From: Neoechinorhynchus agilis
Lineage: Eukaryota; Animalia; Acanthocephala
Reading direction: 5' to 3'
Assembly (NCBI GenBank): GCA_051530055.1
Contig: CM121343.1
Location: forward strand, 5,798,389 to 5,862,388
DNA: 64,000 nucleotides
The notes under the pieces were generated by a model, which had not been told where the DNA came from, did no database searches, and was given only the letters and a program-made list of their open reading frames with translations. Shown here in pieces: positions 25,250 through 45,089 of the stretch (position 1 is the first letter of the stretch; each line of letters opens with the position of its first letter). The position numbers and the translations under genes are program-made.

Positions 25250-25740
25250 ATTATGTTTTATTGTTCTAAGTAGAGGAACCATGTACTTCTGGGTCCTCTT
25301 GAACACTCCAGTCCTGAAAGGTTCCTTGAACGTGGTTGTTTATTTTGGAGTGTGGATGACGGTTCCGCTGAGGTGGGAATTCGATGGGAGACTTTATGAG
25401 GTTAGATCTTTACTCGGTTTCATTTCTGGCCGTGATATCCAAGAAGATTAGACAGTATGGAAAAAGTAGCAGAGGTAGAGGGAAGATGAAAGGAATTGGG
25501 ATTACGAGTGTCGTGCTCATGTGAAAAGGGGATTAAAAAGTGGTAAAAATTGTGGATTGTTTGTTGAAATTTTAGAGGCTCTTCTATAAAACGTTTCAAG
25601 GCACGGATTTGTGATTGGGAAAGGTTGCTAAAGACGGAATAGCCGTAGGTAAGAGAAGATAAAAATGTGGAGATCGGACGAAGGGATCCTTAAATGGAGG
25701 AGGCGTTTGAGGAGGTTAATTTTAACGGTATTGTGTTTGA
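25250..25740 (-). mobile_element. Degenerate LINE (CR1/L2-like) post-RT remnant
   Basis: Minus strand gives KINLLKRLLHLRIP and FSNLSQSQIRALKRF..RRASKI across frames; purine-rich plus strand. Confidence 0.4.
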
Positions 25741-27596
25741 GATAAACTGGCTACCGAGAATTTGTACTAATTATACTGTAGTTAGATGACAATTTGACAT
25801 TGGCATATCGAATTTTCTCAGTGGTCTATATTAATGGGTGAATTTTCATTTACATAAAGTAATCCCTGTTTAAACATTTTTAATAAATTGGCACGCTGAT
25901 GTTGGCTTGGAAAACTTAATAATACTTTTACTAAGAGAATGAATGCGTGTACTTTGAAAGTGAACGTCGGTAGATGGCATGATCAAATGCAAAACTAAGT
26001 AATATCATCTATTCTCCAATAAGAGCGACCACTCATTCAATCGCAAGTTCATCAAAGTAAAGAAGGCTAAGATATTCGCTATCATTTTCATTCCAGATAC
26101 GCAAGTCTCCATACAAATCGATTGTATTGCTTGCGATTGCTCGGTCCAAAGTATAGCCTTCATCTTCTTCGGTAGTCGAATCGCATCTCATCTCACCTAC
26201 TTTCTTATAGGGGTTTGCGGTTGAAGAATTCCTAATACCCATTGCCTACTGGATGGTTATATGGATATTTTTGGAACGAGAGGATAATAACCTTACGAAT
26301 GAAAAAGATTCCTGCAAAATATAATATAGCTCACGGTTATATAACATTGCACGAACAGCGACTATCCCAAAAGTATCAGCACGTTCAACAAGTAAAACAT
26401 AGTGCCATTAAGTGATGATTGATGCATTCGTAGCTCCTTCTATTCGTTTTTTGCGTGGCACATTTAATGCAAAGAACACAGAAAAACACAATTAATGCGT
26501 TTCACGCAACGTTTCAAGTTATTGTTCAATCAACTAAGATGCTGCTGCTCAATATTCGATAATATTAGGTAATTTACATAGCAAAATTCTAAACGATTTC
26601 CTTAATCCAAAATGTAGAATTTAATCCATGCCGTAATTACTAATAATCGCATGGATCTATCAACAACTGATTTGTCGATTTGTATGTGCCCATCTAGTTA
26701 AAAAAATTACTTTTAATTTATAAATTTATTTCTTCCATTCAAGAAATCAATGTATAATTTTTCTTTGGTAATTTTTCCACTCCGGTGGGATTTAAGTTCA
26801 CTTTGTAATAGCTTTCGAACAATGACAAACCTCGGGGGGGGGGAATGTTAGAATTATCCGAGTGGTGAAATATCGGTTAAATATAGATTAGTGAACTTAA
26901 ATTCGCGAGGGGTGGCAAAACTAAGAAAGTATAATTTTTAATATTGATGAGTGATCCAAGAGCAAGGCTAAATAAAAAGCATCAAGCTGCTACGAATCCA
27001 GTCTAATAGACAATTTCAATTTAGCATTCTTATGAGTGGCTGAGCCGGCCGTGTATGGAAATCTATAAAAAAATTCAATTTAACCACTATGATCTACTCC
27101 CGTGATGGATTGAAGATACACTTCAACTCTCCGGCTCAATTATTAGCTCCATCCACTCAGTACTTTCCAAATGAAAAAAAGGTCGTTCAATTTAACGACT
27201 TTCGGCATCGCGTTTCTAATTATTGTTAAAAAGAAAGTCTTTAAGAAGGAAATCATAGGCTTAGTTGATAAATCATCTAGAATAAATTTGTTACATTATT
27301 AGTTATTTTGACCATTACGTTCAAAGGTGCTGTCATGTCGTCAAAAAGCTCAATAAAGATCAGTTTATCCAGTTTATTTGCTAACACGAGAATGCCCAAA
27401 CTTTTTGAGCGATTTTTCCTTTAATGCAACGATTGGTGGAAAATTCGTTTTACGATGGATTCCTCTCAAAAACATCCATAGATTTCCTGAGTTCATCCTC
27501 ACTTTTAGCTAAAACTCGCAGAAGAGCTCAAATTTGTTCATCTTACCAATTATAAAGTTCCTATGAACTTTAATTTTTTTTACCAACATAATATAT

Positions 27597-27722
27597 TTTT
27601 AACAATTCAAACAATCTGTTTGAAGCACACTCACCACCTCCCGCCGAATTCCAGCTTTTGTCCTTCCTCGACCGTCGCCATCACGCTGGCAGCATTGCCT
27701 CGTTGTACTGCCAGCGAGATTT
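27597..27722 (-). mobile_element. Short 3' fragment of the CRE family found at 23220-24300
   Basis: Reverse complement of ATCTCGC..GGCAATGCTGCCAGCGTGATGGCGACGGTCGAGGAAGGACAAAAGCTGGAATTCGGCGGGAGG; A-rich tail at ~27575. Confidence 0.88.
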
Positions 27723-27936
27723 GGCTATTTTAATGTCCTTTCACCAGCACGGTCAACGTTTAAAGTGAACTTCGAACACATCGCAAACATTCTGAGATCA
27801 CCAAAAGGCGAGATTATAAGCGATAGACCGGTAATCCTGCTGAGAAGACCGAGCGAAGTGACGTAATAGATTTTAAAGGAATGATCGGGAAGAAAGGAAC
27901 TCCGTATACAGAAGGAAGTGGCGTCACGGATAAACA

Positions 27937-28341
27937 ATGTCTTCTCGCGTAGTTAAGGGTGATGACGTCACGCAACGACGGTCGGATGATCCGACTACAC
28001 TTCAGTTTGATATTAACGTCATCAATATCTCGGATCTGACCAGTGAGCAGGCCATGCGACATAACTGTGCCAAGTTCGAACGGTGCTGTACTTGCGTGTG
28101 CGCCTTGGCAGGCACGGTAGCCGGCATCCTGGGGATGAACGGACTTATTGGATTCGCATTCTACTTTATGGCTACTATGGGATTCTCTACTCTGCTTTAT
28201 GCGAAGTTCGTTGTCAAACGCAACCCAAGTAAAAGATGTTTTGTAAGCGATTGGTATTTGTTAACTAGTAATCATCCGAATGGAATATGTACCTATATAT
28301 TGCTATGGACGTTCATTTATGGAATTGTTCACGCTTACTAA
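27937..28341 (+). CDS. EMC6: ER membrane protein complex subunit 6, intronless
   Basis: SEQAMRHN..CVCALAGTVAGILGMNGLIGFAFY..TYILLWTFIYGIVHAY matches the EMC6 C-terminal signature. Confidence 0.92.
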   Translation: MSSRVVKGDDVTQRRSDDPTTLQFDINVINISDLTSEQAMRHNCAKFERCCTCVCALAGTVAGILGMNGLIGFAFYFMATMGFSTLLYAKFVVKRNPSKRCFVSDWYLLTSNHPNGICTYILLWTFIYGIVHAY

Positions 28342-28389
28342 ACATGTGAGAATAAAACCAAAGTAGAAATCTGATTCTTTATTGTTTCC

Positions 28390-29480
28390 AAAATTAAAAA
28401 ACTGATCTTTTTCAAAAGCAAGAAGAGCTTACAAACATCCACGCAACCCCTCTGGATCACTGAGCTGTAATCCTGGTATAATGGTCGAAATGACAGACTT
28501 GGATCGTCAGTGATTCGTCTGAGTCTCTTGAACAATTGTTTGACCGGGTCCTTCGCCACCGCGGTACCAAACGACCCGAGCGTTGAAATAATGGCCCAGG
28601 TCCCATTGTTTTGTCTTTTTGCTGTCCTCTGAGGCCGTTGCTGCTCCCTTTCCGGTTTAACAGCGGTGGGTTTTATGTCGCCGGCTGCGACGGGAATACT
28701 GTGGCATCTTCCGGTCTACGATCATCGAGCCGGCAAAGATTGCTCGACTCTAGAATGTTGGGCGCAATCACAGCATTCAGGGCATGGCTGAGAGAGTTGC
28801 ATTCACTTGGGCGTGTCGTTAGTACCTTCCGTATGATTGCCCACAGACGATTCCATGGCGTTCTAATTCCTCGATTCTGAGAGCATTTGGCCAAGCACCC
28901 GATTCCCTAGTTAAAACTGCCGCCAATGCGATCCGTTCGCTCTGAATCTTCACACAAAACATTAAGAGCCGCCACGAAATCTCCATCCAACCCGTAATTC
29001 TAGCCAAGAAATGATTGAACTATTTTGCGGCTTGCTTCATACGATCCCAAATAAGCTGGCAGAGAAATTTCGGCTGGTTTTCGGATACCCAAACTGCCGG
29101 ACGACACAGGCAAGGACGCTTGACGCCAGGCCTCCTGTGACAGCTGAGTATTTAAAATTTTCTCGAGACAAGCTTTCACCGTCCCGTCTAATTTTGCCAG
29201 TTTATCTTCTTGTCTTCGGAATAAAGAGGAATTTCTTGATCAGGAGCAGAGCCTCATGTGAAGATAATTCATTAACTCGTTGGTATAACAGCGAAAGTAG
29301 CGGTTGAAGATTTGCAATCTCTGCTTGGACAGAAGACTGAACCGGTCCAAAGTGATCGATAGCATCCCGGGGAACAGGTTCTGAAAATCTTTCTCGATAG
29401 TTTACCTGGTTGCCTCTTCTTCCACGTTCATCACTAAGTACCAAAATGCTTTTGGAGCGTGACCTCTAAGTACTTGGGGA
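28390..29480 (-). mobile_element. Heavily degenerate CRE-clade copy ending next to the EMC6 3' end
   Basis: ALLLIKKFLFIPK, TRESGAWPNAL, NILESSNLCRLDDRRPE, TLGSFG..KQLFKRL..SSVIQRG in shifting frames. Confidence 0.8.
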
Positions 29481-29813
29481 CTGCGCCCGTTAAGACCGTG
29501 GGCTGATCATCGCTCATTGAATACAATAATGGGTTGCTCGCTATGTTTCTTTTCACGTGTCGGATCCCTTCCTGGATCAACCCTTACGGAAATTCCGACA
29601 AAATGTATACCAGAAGAAGAACAATGTGCGTGTTGTTGAATTAATTCATAATGCGTGTATGCGGCCAATAGCAACTGAATTCCAAATCAGAACGGTATCA
29701 GCAAGGAAGATTTATCCATGACCTCTAAAGGCGCTGTTCCGGCAACATAAACGTAAAATCGAGATTTACTGTTTCTCTTGATTAACATGAAAATTTACGT
29801 GTACTTAAACCTT

Positions 29814-30096
29814 TTATTTATGTACTTTGGATAGATGCGGCACCTATTACTTGTGCGTGTCCGTTGATTGGTTGTACCTCAATTAATTACGCAAAAGAAA
29901 CTAATTCGCCTATGTGACTCCTAAAAATCATTGATAGATGTCGTATTTCGAAAAGCAAATCACGGATATTTTAAAGTAAGCCGAAAAATCAACACAATCT
30001 ATTTATTCAAATCGCATTTATCGATTTTCCTGCTTCCTATTTGCTTGCAATAGTTTTCTTAGGGTCTTTGTGTGGGACTTCAAGATCGATGGCTCC
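29814..30096 (-). pseudogene. Inverted copy of the 3' end (last codons + 3' UTR) of the gene at 32873-33364, flanked by 7-bp direct repeats
   Basis: Reverse complement of 33287-33570 with four mismatches seen by eye; AAACCTT at 29807-29813 and 30097-30103. Confidence 0.88.
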
Positions 30097-30854
30097 AAAC
30101 CTTAACAACTAACATTCCTATTACCAAGAAATTCTTAACATTTCTAATCCATTTTCCCCATACAAAACAAAAATGAACGGTTATCCAAAACCTCACGTAG
30201 CGCTTCTTCTAAATTCATCACCCTGCCATATATTATTGTTGAGAGGTCAAAATTACTTAATAGAATACTGCAACTGTCTAAATATCTAAGCTCCTGGTAG
30301 ATACTTTTCGCAGAATTATCTAGTGTTCAATCGATTAATGATTTTGTGATTATTTTTGAAAAAGACCAACACCGATTTATGCTCTAGATATTGCTTGAAG
30401 ATATGTTTTGTTATGGCTGTCGAAATATCGTATTCAATAAATCATCTCAATTTCCGCCCTAACAAAACGCTTCAGATATTAATTCCCTAGAAAATGGGGA
30501 TGCATCCAGCGCAGAATTGCCACTATTCTAATACATTAGAGATATATTCGTTTAAGCCACTTGGAACGCTTCGAAGTATTGTAAGGACCTCATTCGGACA
30601 ACTCGAATGCTGTAATGTTATAGGAAACGAAATGAGACAGCTACGACTTCGGGGAAAATGGACTGTCTCGTAACAAATGGCTTAATGAATAATGAACATT
30701 GGACAAATTGAGTTGTGGTGATAATAGGTTTTATCCGGCGGACTATGATCATGACAACGAAGGATTTTCTCATTTTGGTCTACGGAGAAATGAATACAAA
30801 ATATTTTTATTGACGATATTTCAAAAGGTTTTTGTATTTGTTTCAATAGTTTAA

Positions 30855-30970
30855 CAATGGCTGATGAGACGAGGTTTCCTCTTCGTGAAATATCTTCAAT
30901 AAAATAGGGGTTTTATCCTCAGAAGGGGGATTATGATCACCACATCTCCATAATTCCGAAGGATTTTCTC
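30855..30970 (+). repeat. Family B dispersed repeat with hammerhead-like core
   Basis: AATGGCTGATGAGACGAGGTTTCCTCTTCGTGAAATATC matches 6024-6060; downstream GATTATGATCACCAC..CCGAAGGATTTTCTC recurs near 10550-10615, 30728-30770 and 33585-33645. Confidence 0.65.
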
Positions 30971-31043
30971 TTGGTGGTTAGGCAGATTGTACCGAAAGTG
31001 GCAAATTAAAATCATCTTTATTTGCCTCAATACGCTTCAATGG

Positions 31044-31658
31044 TCAAAAATTGACGTCGAGATCGGCGGGGATATTGAATTGTTTGTTAATGATTGAATC
31101 CTCGACGTGAAACTTTTGTTTCAGCCACTGTTTCACAATGAGAACATTATCGGTCCATTCGTTTATAAGTTCTATCAAATCCTTGCACTGTGATTGTATT
31201 TCTTCGATCCGAATAGGATCTCGTTCACAGACGAGCGCGTATTTCCCAATCAAATCCCGTTTTTTTTCTTTAAGGGATTCAAGAATCTGTAACTTCTGTG
31301 TTCGATCGCTCGCAGAATTACTTTTCTCTTGCTGCTTTTCCAGTAGCACTTCTACATTATGGACTTTTTCGTCGAACTCCCTTATAAGTTCTTTTATTTT
31401 CTTCTCTTCCATTTCGAGAATGTTAACAACCTTACTCGGATATGACCAATAATAATGAGATTGGCCTATCCGATCCGTATCAACCAAATTATCAGCCACA
31501 AGGCCCGTCACAATTTCCTTGACCAAATTCGAGTTTATACCCAACCGCTTCTGCGATATCTTTTCAATCTCCTTCAGCTGAAAAAACTCCCCAGAGTCTA
31601 CTATAAAGGAAAGAACTCTTCGGATCTTTTCTTCAGCACAAACAGCTCGCCGCTTCAT
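31044..31658 (-). CDS. MND1: Meiotic nuclear division protein 1, intronless
   Basis: AEEKIRRVL..EFFQLKEIEKI..VKEIVTGLVADNLVDTDRIGQSHYYWSYPSK..INEWTDNV..FNIPADLD. Confidence 0.95.
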   Translation of the reverse strand: MKRRAVCAEEKIRRVLSFIVDSGEFFQLKEIEKISQKRLGINSNLVKEIVTGLVADNLVDTDRIGQSHYYWSYPSKVVNILEMEEKKIKELIREFDEKVHNVEVLLEKQQEKSNSASDRTQKLQILESLKEKKRDLIGKYALVCERDPIRIEEIQSQCKDLIELINEWTDNVLIVKQWLKQKFHVEDSIINKQFNIPADLDVNF

Positions 31659-32872
31659 CGAAACTCCATTTTGACGGAGGCCGGACTCTTGGGATATTCA
31701 TCCCATTCTTTCTAATTTATCGGATCGAATTTACCCGCCAATGTACTTCGGACATCTCAGTTTCTCTTATAAACTCAAGGCCGGTTTTTTCCTCTACTTT
31801 CAACTTATGGTCACTTTATTCTCATTCTTTTTAGTCCGCTGAAGTGATTTATTGAATCGAATTGCGTCGTTACCTACGAAATCATTGAACAAACGGATAT
31901 CGAATAAAAATTTACCAATTACTGAGCGTCACAATACTCAGTGGAAGAATAAATCGTAAAAATCAAACCTTCCGATTCACCCGATCCGTCTTTGGTTCCA
32001 AAAATTGGTATAAAACGACCCGCATTTCAATAATACTATAAAAGTCTCAAACGAATTTGTGTTTGACTCCAAAAACAAGCATTTAATATAGAAAAGTATT
32101 TCTCGAATAAGTTCACTGGTTTGCTCCTAAAATAACATTCTTTGACGACGACAAAACACATCGATTTTTCTCAATATCTTAGTCAATTATGCACTATAAA
32201 ATCCTAGGCCCGATAGATCTGGTGATTTTTACGACTTGTATTGCAAACTTTCAGTTTTTAATGTCACCATGGAACATCCGATTTATTTCAGAGACTGGGA
32301 ACTTATTGGTAAAAGAATCAAATCAGCGCCACAGTCGTCCTTACGCTGGCGACATTTCCTCGCTGGATTGCGATTTCTTTTTTTGTGAAGTCGTATTGAA
32401 TTTGCATGCAATTTCCTTTAATCTCGGTTTAATATTGATTTTTTCTTGAACACAAAGTTCGTCATTTAATTTTCATTCAAACCCTGCGAGTTTGCTTTTG
32501 TTGTTTTTTTAAATCTTTTTTTGGCCTATCTATCTGGATCATTTGACAAGGATGTGCTCGCACAAGTTAACGTTGATTACTTCAATGCCTTCATTAGGTT
32601 CTTAAAGCCTTGGCTAAATTTCTTTAAAACATTGGAAACTACTTTTTAGCCGTCCTGGCAAAAATTACGATGTAAGCGTGGCTCTATGTGAAAATCCTAA
32701 TTCTATAATTTGCTTTCCATTTTTGATATAAATTATTTGCTGCGTGTGCCAATGACGTTAATTCGATCGATATGCATATTTGGGAGCTGGTGGGACATTG
32801 AACCGATTCGTTGCACAAAGTGGGTTCAATATTTATAAATCGCAATCAATTTTTTTAATATTCACCCAAGAA

Positions 32873-33364
32873 ATGTATCCGGTAATTTTTCTAATTTCAA
32901 TTTCTTGCATAAAGATCACGGTGGCAACAGCATCTATGCCGCCTCTAGAAATACCACATAGTAAAATGATTGTAAAAGACAGGATTCCATTGGAATCCGC
33001 AATCGATGGCGATTGCAACGTTGACTACAAGATGATGGAGTCTGTCGATTGCCAAACAGATGACGCAAACTTCGTTAGTATTCATCCTGCCAAGTTTTTT
33101 ATCCCGATTTGTTCAATCAAACCGGCGAAACGCATGAGAAGGGTGGTTGGAAACGGTAAAATCGTTCAACTGACGTGTTTGCCAAGGAAGCTGAGATTTG
33201 TGAGTGCTCTTACTTGGAGTGAAGACAAAATGTGGCGAAATGTTAGCTGCGCCATCCCATACGATTGCAGCTCAAGATTTTTGTATGAGCCATCGATCTT
33301 GAAGTCCCACACAAAGAACCTAAGAAAACTGTTGCAAGCAAAAAGGAAGCAGGAAAATCGATAA
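32873..33364 (+). CDS. Putative secreted cysteine-rich protein, possible divergent cystine-knot ligand
   Basis: Hydrophobic N-terminus MYPVIFLISISCIKITVATA; spaced Cys residues (DC, DCQ, HPAKFFIPIC, TCLP, SCAIPYDC); AATAAA near 33564; basic C-terminal tail. Confidence 0.6.
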   Translation: MYPVIFLISISCIKITVATASMPPLEIPHSKMIVKDRIPLESAIDGDCNVDYKMMESVDCQTDDANFVSIHPAKFFIPICSIKPAKRMRRVVGNGKIVQLTCLPRKLRFVSALTWSEDKMWRNVSCAIPYDCSSRFLYEPSILKSHTKNLRKLLQAKRKQENR

Positions 33365-33916
33365 ATGCGATTTGAATAAATAGATTGTGTTGATTTTTCG
33401 GCTTACTTTAAAATATCCGTGATTTGCTTTTCGAAATACGACATCTATCAATGATTTTTAGGAGTCAGATAGGCGAATTAGTTTCTTTTGCGTAATTAAT
33501 TGAGGTACAACCAATCAACGGACACGCACAAGTAATAGGTGCCGCATCTATCCAAAGTACATAAATAAAATGCCACTAAAATATGTTTTATCCGGGGGAG
33601 GCTTATGATCATTACAACTCTATCATTCCGGAGGATCTTCTCTTTTTGGAACAAGAAGACCAAACCTTGCAAACTGTCCTACAAAACATACCAAATCCCA
33701 CCCGATCGAACCAATAATCTACTGCAAAATCAACAGCCACGTTCATTTAACAAATCAGAACTCGATTGTTCACGAAGACCCAAAGATACATGGGTCGTGA
33801 TGGTGCAATATTTTCTAACATTTTTTGTATAAATCTCAAGCATCGCTCGCTACATACAAGTACAAAGGATTTATTTGTCTTGCAAAGACTCTCGTGCCAA
33901 TAAAGTATTTAAAAAC

Positions 33917-41980
<8,064 letters not shown>

Positions 41981-43098
41981 CTAAATTCAGACTGTTATCT
42001 GTATGCTAAGAGCCCGCGAATGAGTGTCATTTTGATCAAGCAATACAATTCAATCCAATACATACACAAGAATAATAGAACTTATAATTTGAAGGCTTAC
42101 TAAGCGAATGTAAAAGATTAATTGCAAATTAAATTATGGCATTTTCTACGATTAGCATTTAAAGAGATAAAAAAGCCAAAAGGTTTATAAGAATGATAGT
42201 CAAAACTAAGGCGGAATGACAAGACTACCTTTCGGTGAGACTAGTGATTGAAGTTTGGAAAGGTTGTCCTGGTGATTTGTAGAAAGAAGCAATTTATCAT
42301 ATGCAAGAGAGAGAGAATGAACGCACTTTGTACACATAAGGCAAAAACGAAGCAACCGTCGTTAGAAAAAGCCACAAGAGCATTTTCGGCATAATTTACC
42401 TAAAACGAGCCTGAGGTTATCATTTGCGCAGGGAGTCGACGATAAGTAAAGTGTAAATGGCAAGTTAGAGGAAAAAGTTGATAAGGAGCGCCGAGCGAAG
42501 CCTTTTTCAACTCGTTTTCGGAAACCAGAACGTCGTTCACGGTAATGGCCAGGTAGATGGAGTTCCCGGCGTTCTAGATGCTCATAATCCTTCGAAGATT
42601 GAGCAGTATTTGTAGTTAATAACTATATCTAGCAAAAACCCATTAGTACTGTCATTTTGCTTAGCAAACATATATGTATAGTTGCCGGAAAGATCTTTTT
42701 GTGGGATCAGAAGAGGCCTAGACGGCACACGTGGAAAGCAGTTTTCCATTGCATGGCGGTGCTTATTCTCGGGTGTGTGTGTGGAATAAAGCGAGCCAGA
42801 TTATTGCGTGCGTGCGAGAGGAACATCGATAAGATTTCAGGGATCTATATGCCACAGTTCGCTAGAGACATATTAGAAGCAATAACGACTACAAAACACG
42901 CTGGAGTGATTAGCGATGGCTGAAAAGCGGTGTAAGTGTGGGATTATTAACGCCAAAGTACGGACACCTGAGGTTTTCAAGTTGTTTAACTATTTTCAAA
43001 ATCACGGGTCTTTAAAACGATTAGGACTTTTGAATGGACTACCAACATCATAACCTCTTTTTTCCCATCAGACACAATGAGACAAATCGTCGGCCCTG

Positions 43099-43128
43099 TA
43101 GTAGTAGTAGTAGTGGTGGTGGTGGTGG
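43099..43128. repeat. (GTA)n(GTG)n microsatellite
   Basis: gtagtagtagtagtagtggtggtggtggtg. Confidence 0.9.
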
Positions 43129-44415
43129 TTTCTCCGCAACACGCAGCAACAGGATGCACGAAAAACGGGTACATGTTTGCACTTGTAGCGATGGCGGCCT
43201 TATTGCATTATATAGACGTTGTTGTGGAGGGTGCCAACAAAAAAAGAGAGGAGAAGCGAGATCAGTAATACAATGTACCGTTTTAGGTCTGTTCAGATTT
43301 TGACTGATCCTTTTGGCTTACTTTAAAATTCATCCAGTCCAGGAAAAGTGTGGCCGCTACGAAAACGGACAAATGACCGTCTTTCTTAAAGGTTACGGAA
43401 CAAATTAATGCCTTAGTGGAGTCAGTTTGCCGCTGATCCTATATTAAGTTATGGATCTTTAGAAGATGAAAACACACAACGATACCTAACTAATTTATAC
43501 AAAAATTCGACGCAATAATGTCATATGAAACATGAGTCCTGACAGTCCAAAATGGAAATACAACAGTGCCAGTTAATCCTTCACTGTGATACTTAATATT
43601 TCCTCATCTTCTCCTTATAATTTTTAATCTTTACGCTACTAAGCAGAATTCGAATCTATGTGACATCTTAGACAACTGAGTATTCGCATTTACATAGCAT
43701 TTTACAGAATTAAAAACCGCGTTTCGATCTACGTGGACAATGTTGAATTGCTCTACTAGTTAAATAAAGTCCAACTGTGTAATAAATCTCCCAAATTACC
43801 GCTATTTTTACAGGCTAATAAACAAAATTGACGATCAAATCAAATAATCAGTGGAGTCAATAACTAATCTGAAAATTACTGCATCGAAGTTGCTGAAAAA
43901 AAGGGTTGCAGCAACATTTGAAAATGTAACCGTAAATTCTATGCAGATTTTCACTGGACCTTTATTATTATCCTGTTTTATTTCAATTGGTTGTCGATAT
44001 TTATAAAAAAATATTGAGAAAAATTGCATTTTATTTAACACGACTACAGATATGTGCCTAATATGCCATAACAAGAAATCACGGGGAATTATATACAGCA
44101 TACTTACAAGTTGATTAGAATAATTAACAGTTCGTCAATTCAACCATAAAGAAAAATGTTAAATTAAGCACAAAAGTTTCGCAGTTGAAGACAACCAGCG
44201 TTTTGAGAATGCAACAGAGCTAAAGATGTGCTAAATTGAATGAAAACGTACAGCGCAAAGAAATGAACCGCATAATGCATTGGTGTAAATGATCGGAAGT
44301 AAATTCAGAATACTTCACATCAGTGCTTTCATGCAACTTGTTAGCAAGAGGTTTAAAGGACGCAGGTGAAATATTTTATGGAATTATTCTTTAGGCCTAC
44401 ACCTGATAAATGATA

Positions 44416-44812
44416 CGAGGTTCAAAACGTCTTTTTAATCGCAATAATCATTTACCGCGGGTATAGACTTCTAAACAATAATTATCTAATCACATTCCCC
44501 CCCCCGGTACCTCCTCGCGCATATCGACAAATATTTTATGGATTGCAAACCCGCGAATGAGAATATCTACACGAAACTTAATTGTGAAATCTTAATTGGA
44601 CGGTCGTGGATAATCCTTAGCACAGTGACGACCCTGTGTGCGCAAAAGGGTCAAACACAATTTCCTGATGTCAGTATGTGAGGTACCGGGGAATGTGATT
44701 AGAATTATTGTTATTACTAACAAACAAACTGAGATGATGAACCCCTTAAGAGGTTCGAAACGTCTTTAGTAAATAATCATTACCGGATGAAGACTTCCAA
44801 ACAATAATTACG
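44416..44812. repeat. Cluster of family C PLE-terminal-like repeats (two direct copies, one inverted part) with a mutated hammerhead core
   Basis: Direct copies at 44416-44520 and 44729-44812, inverted segment at 44672-44712; CTGAGATGAT-GAACC-CCTTAAGA-GGTTC-GAAACGTC at 44729-44764. Confidence 0.7.
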
Positions 44813-45089
44813 ATTTCTCAAGTCCTTAAATTGGATTGGGAATTTAGAATAACTCTATCATAGTTCATTAATCAATGCCATCACCTGTCTGCGAGGTTAT
44901 CAATCGTTATGCCCAGCATCAAGCTGCCATTACATAAAGCTGAAAAGTTTGAATTAATGGAAGCCGATAAGAAACTACAAATTCTTTAAAAAATGAAACA
45001 GATTTTAAACGAACACACGCACCGTAAATCTAAAATTCTATTTTTATTTATTACCACTCTCTCCAATTTTTAAAGTATATATTTGAGGT

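Noticed and set aside
26033-26330. 69-aa acidic ORF with an upstream intron-like segment
   Set aside because: Could be a terminal exon, but it has no identifiable family or start
29812-33570. Pack-MULE-like element with ~280 bp TIRs capturing MND1
   Set aside because: No TSD at the outer ends; the TSD flanks only the left copy, and the right copy is part of a gene
42986-43303. Poly-Thr, poly-Val and poly-Ser/Gly ORFs
   Set aside because: Produced by the GTA/GTG microsatellite
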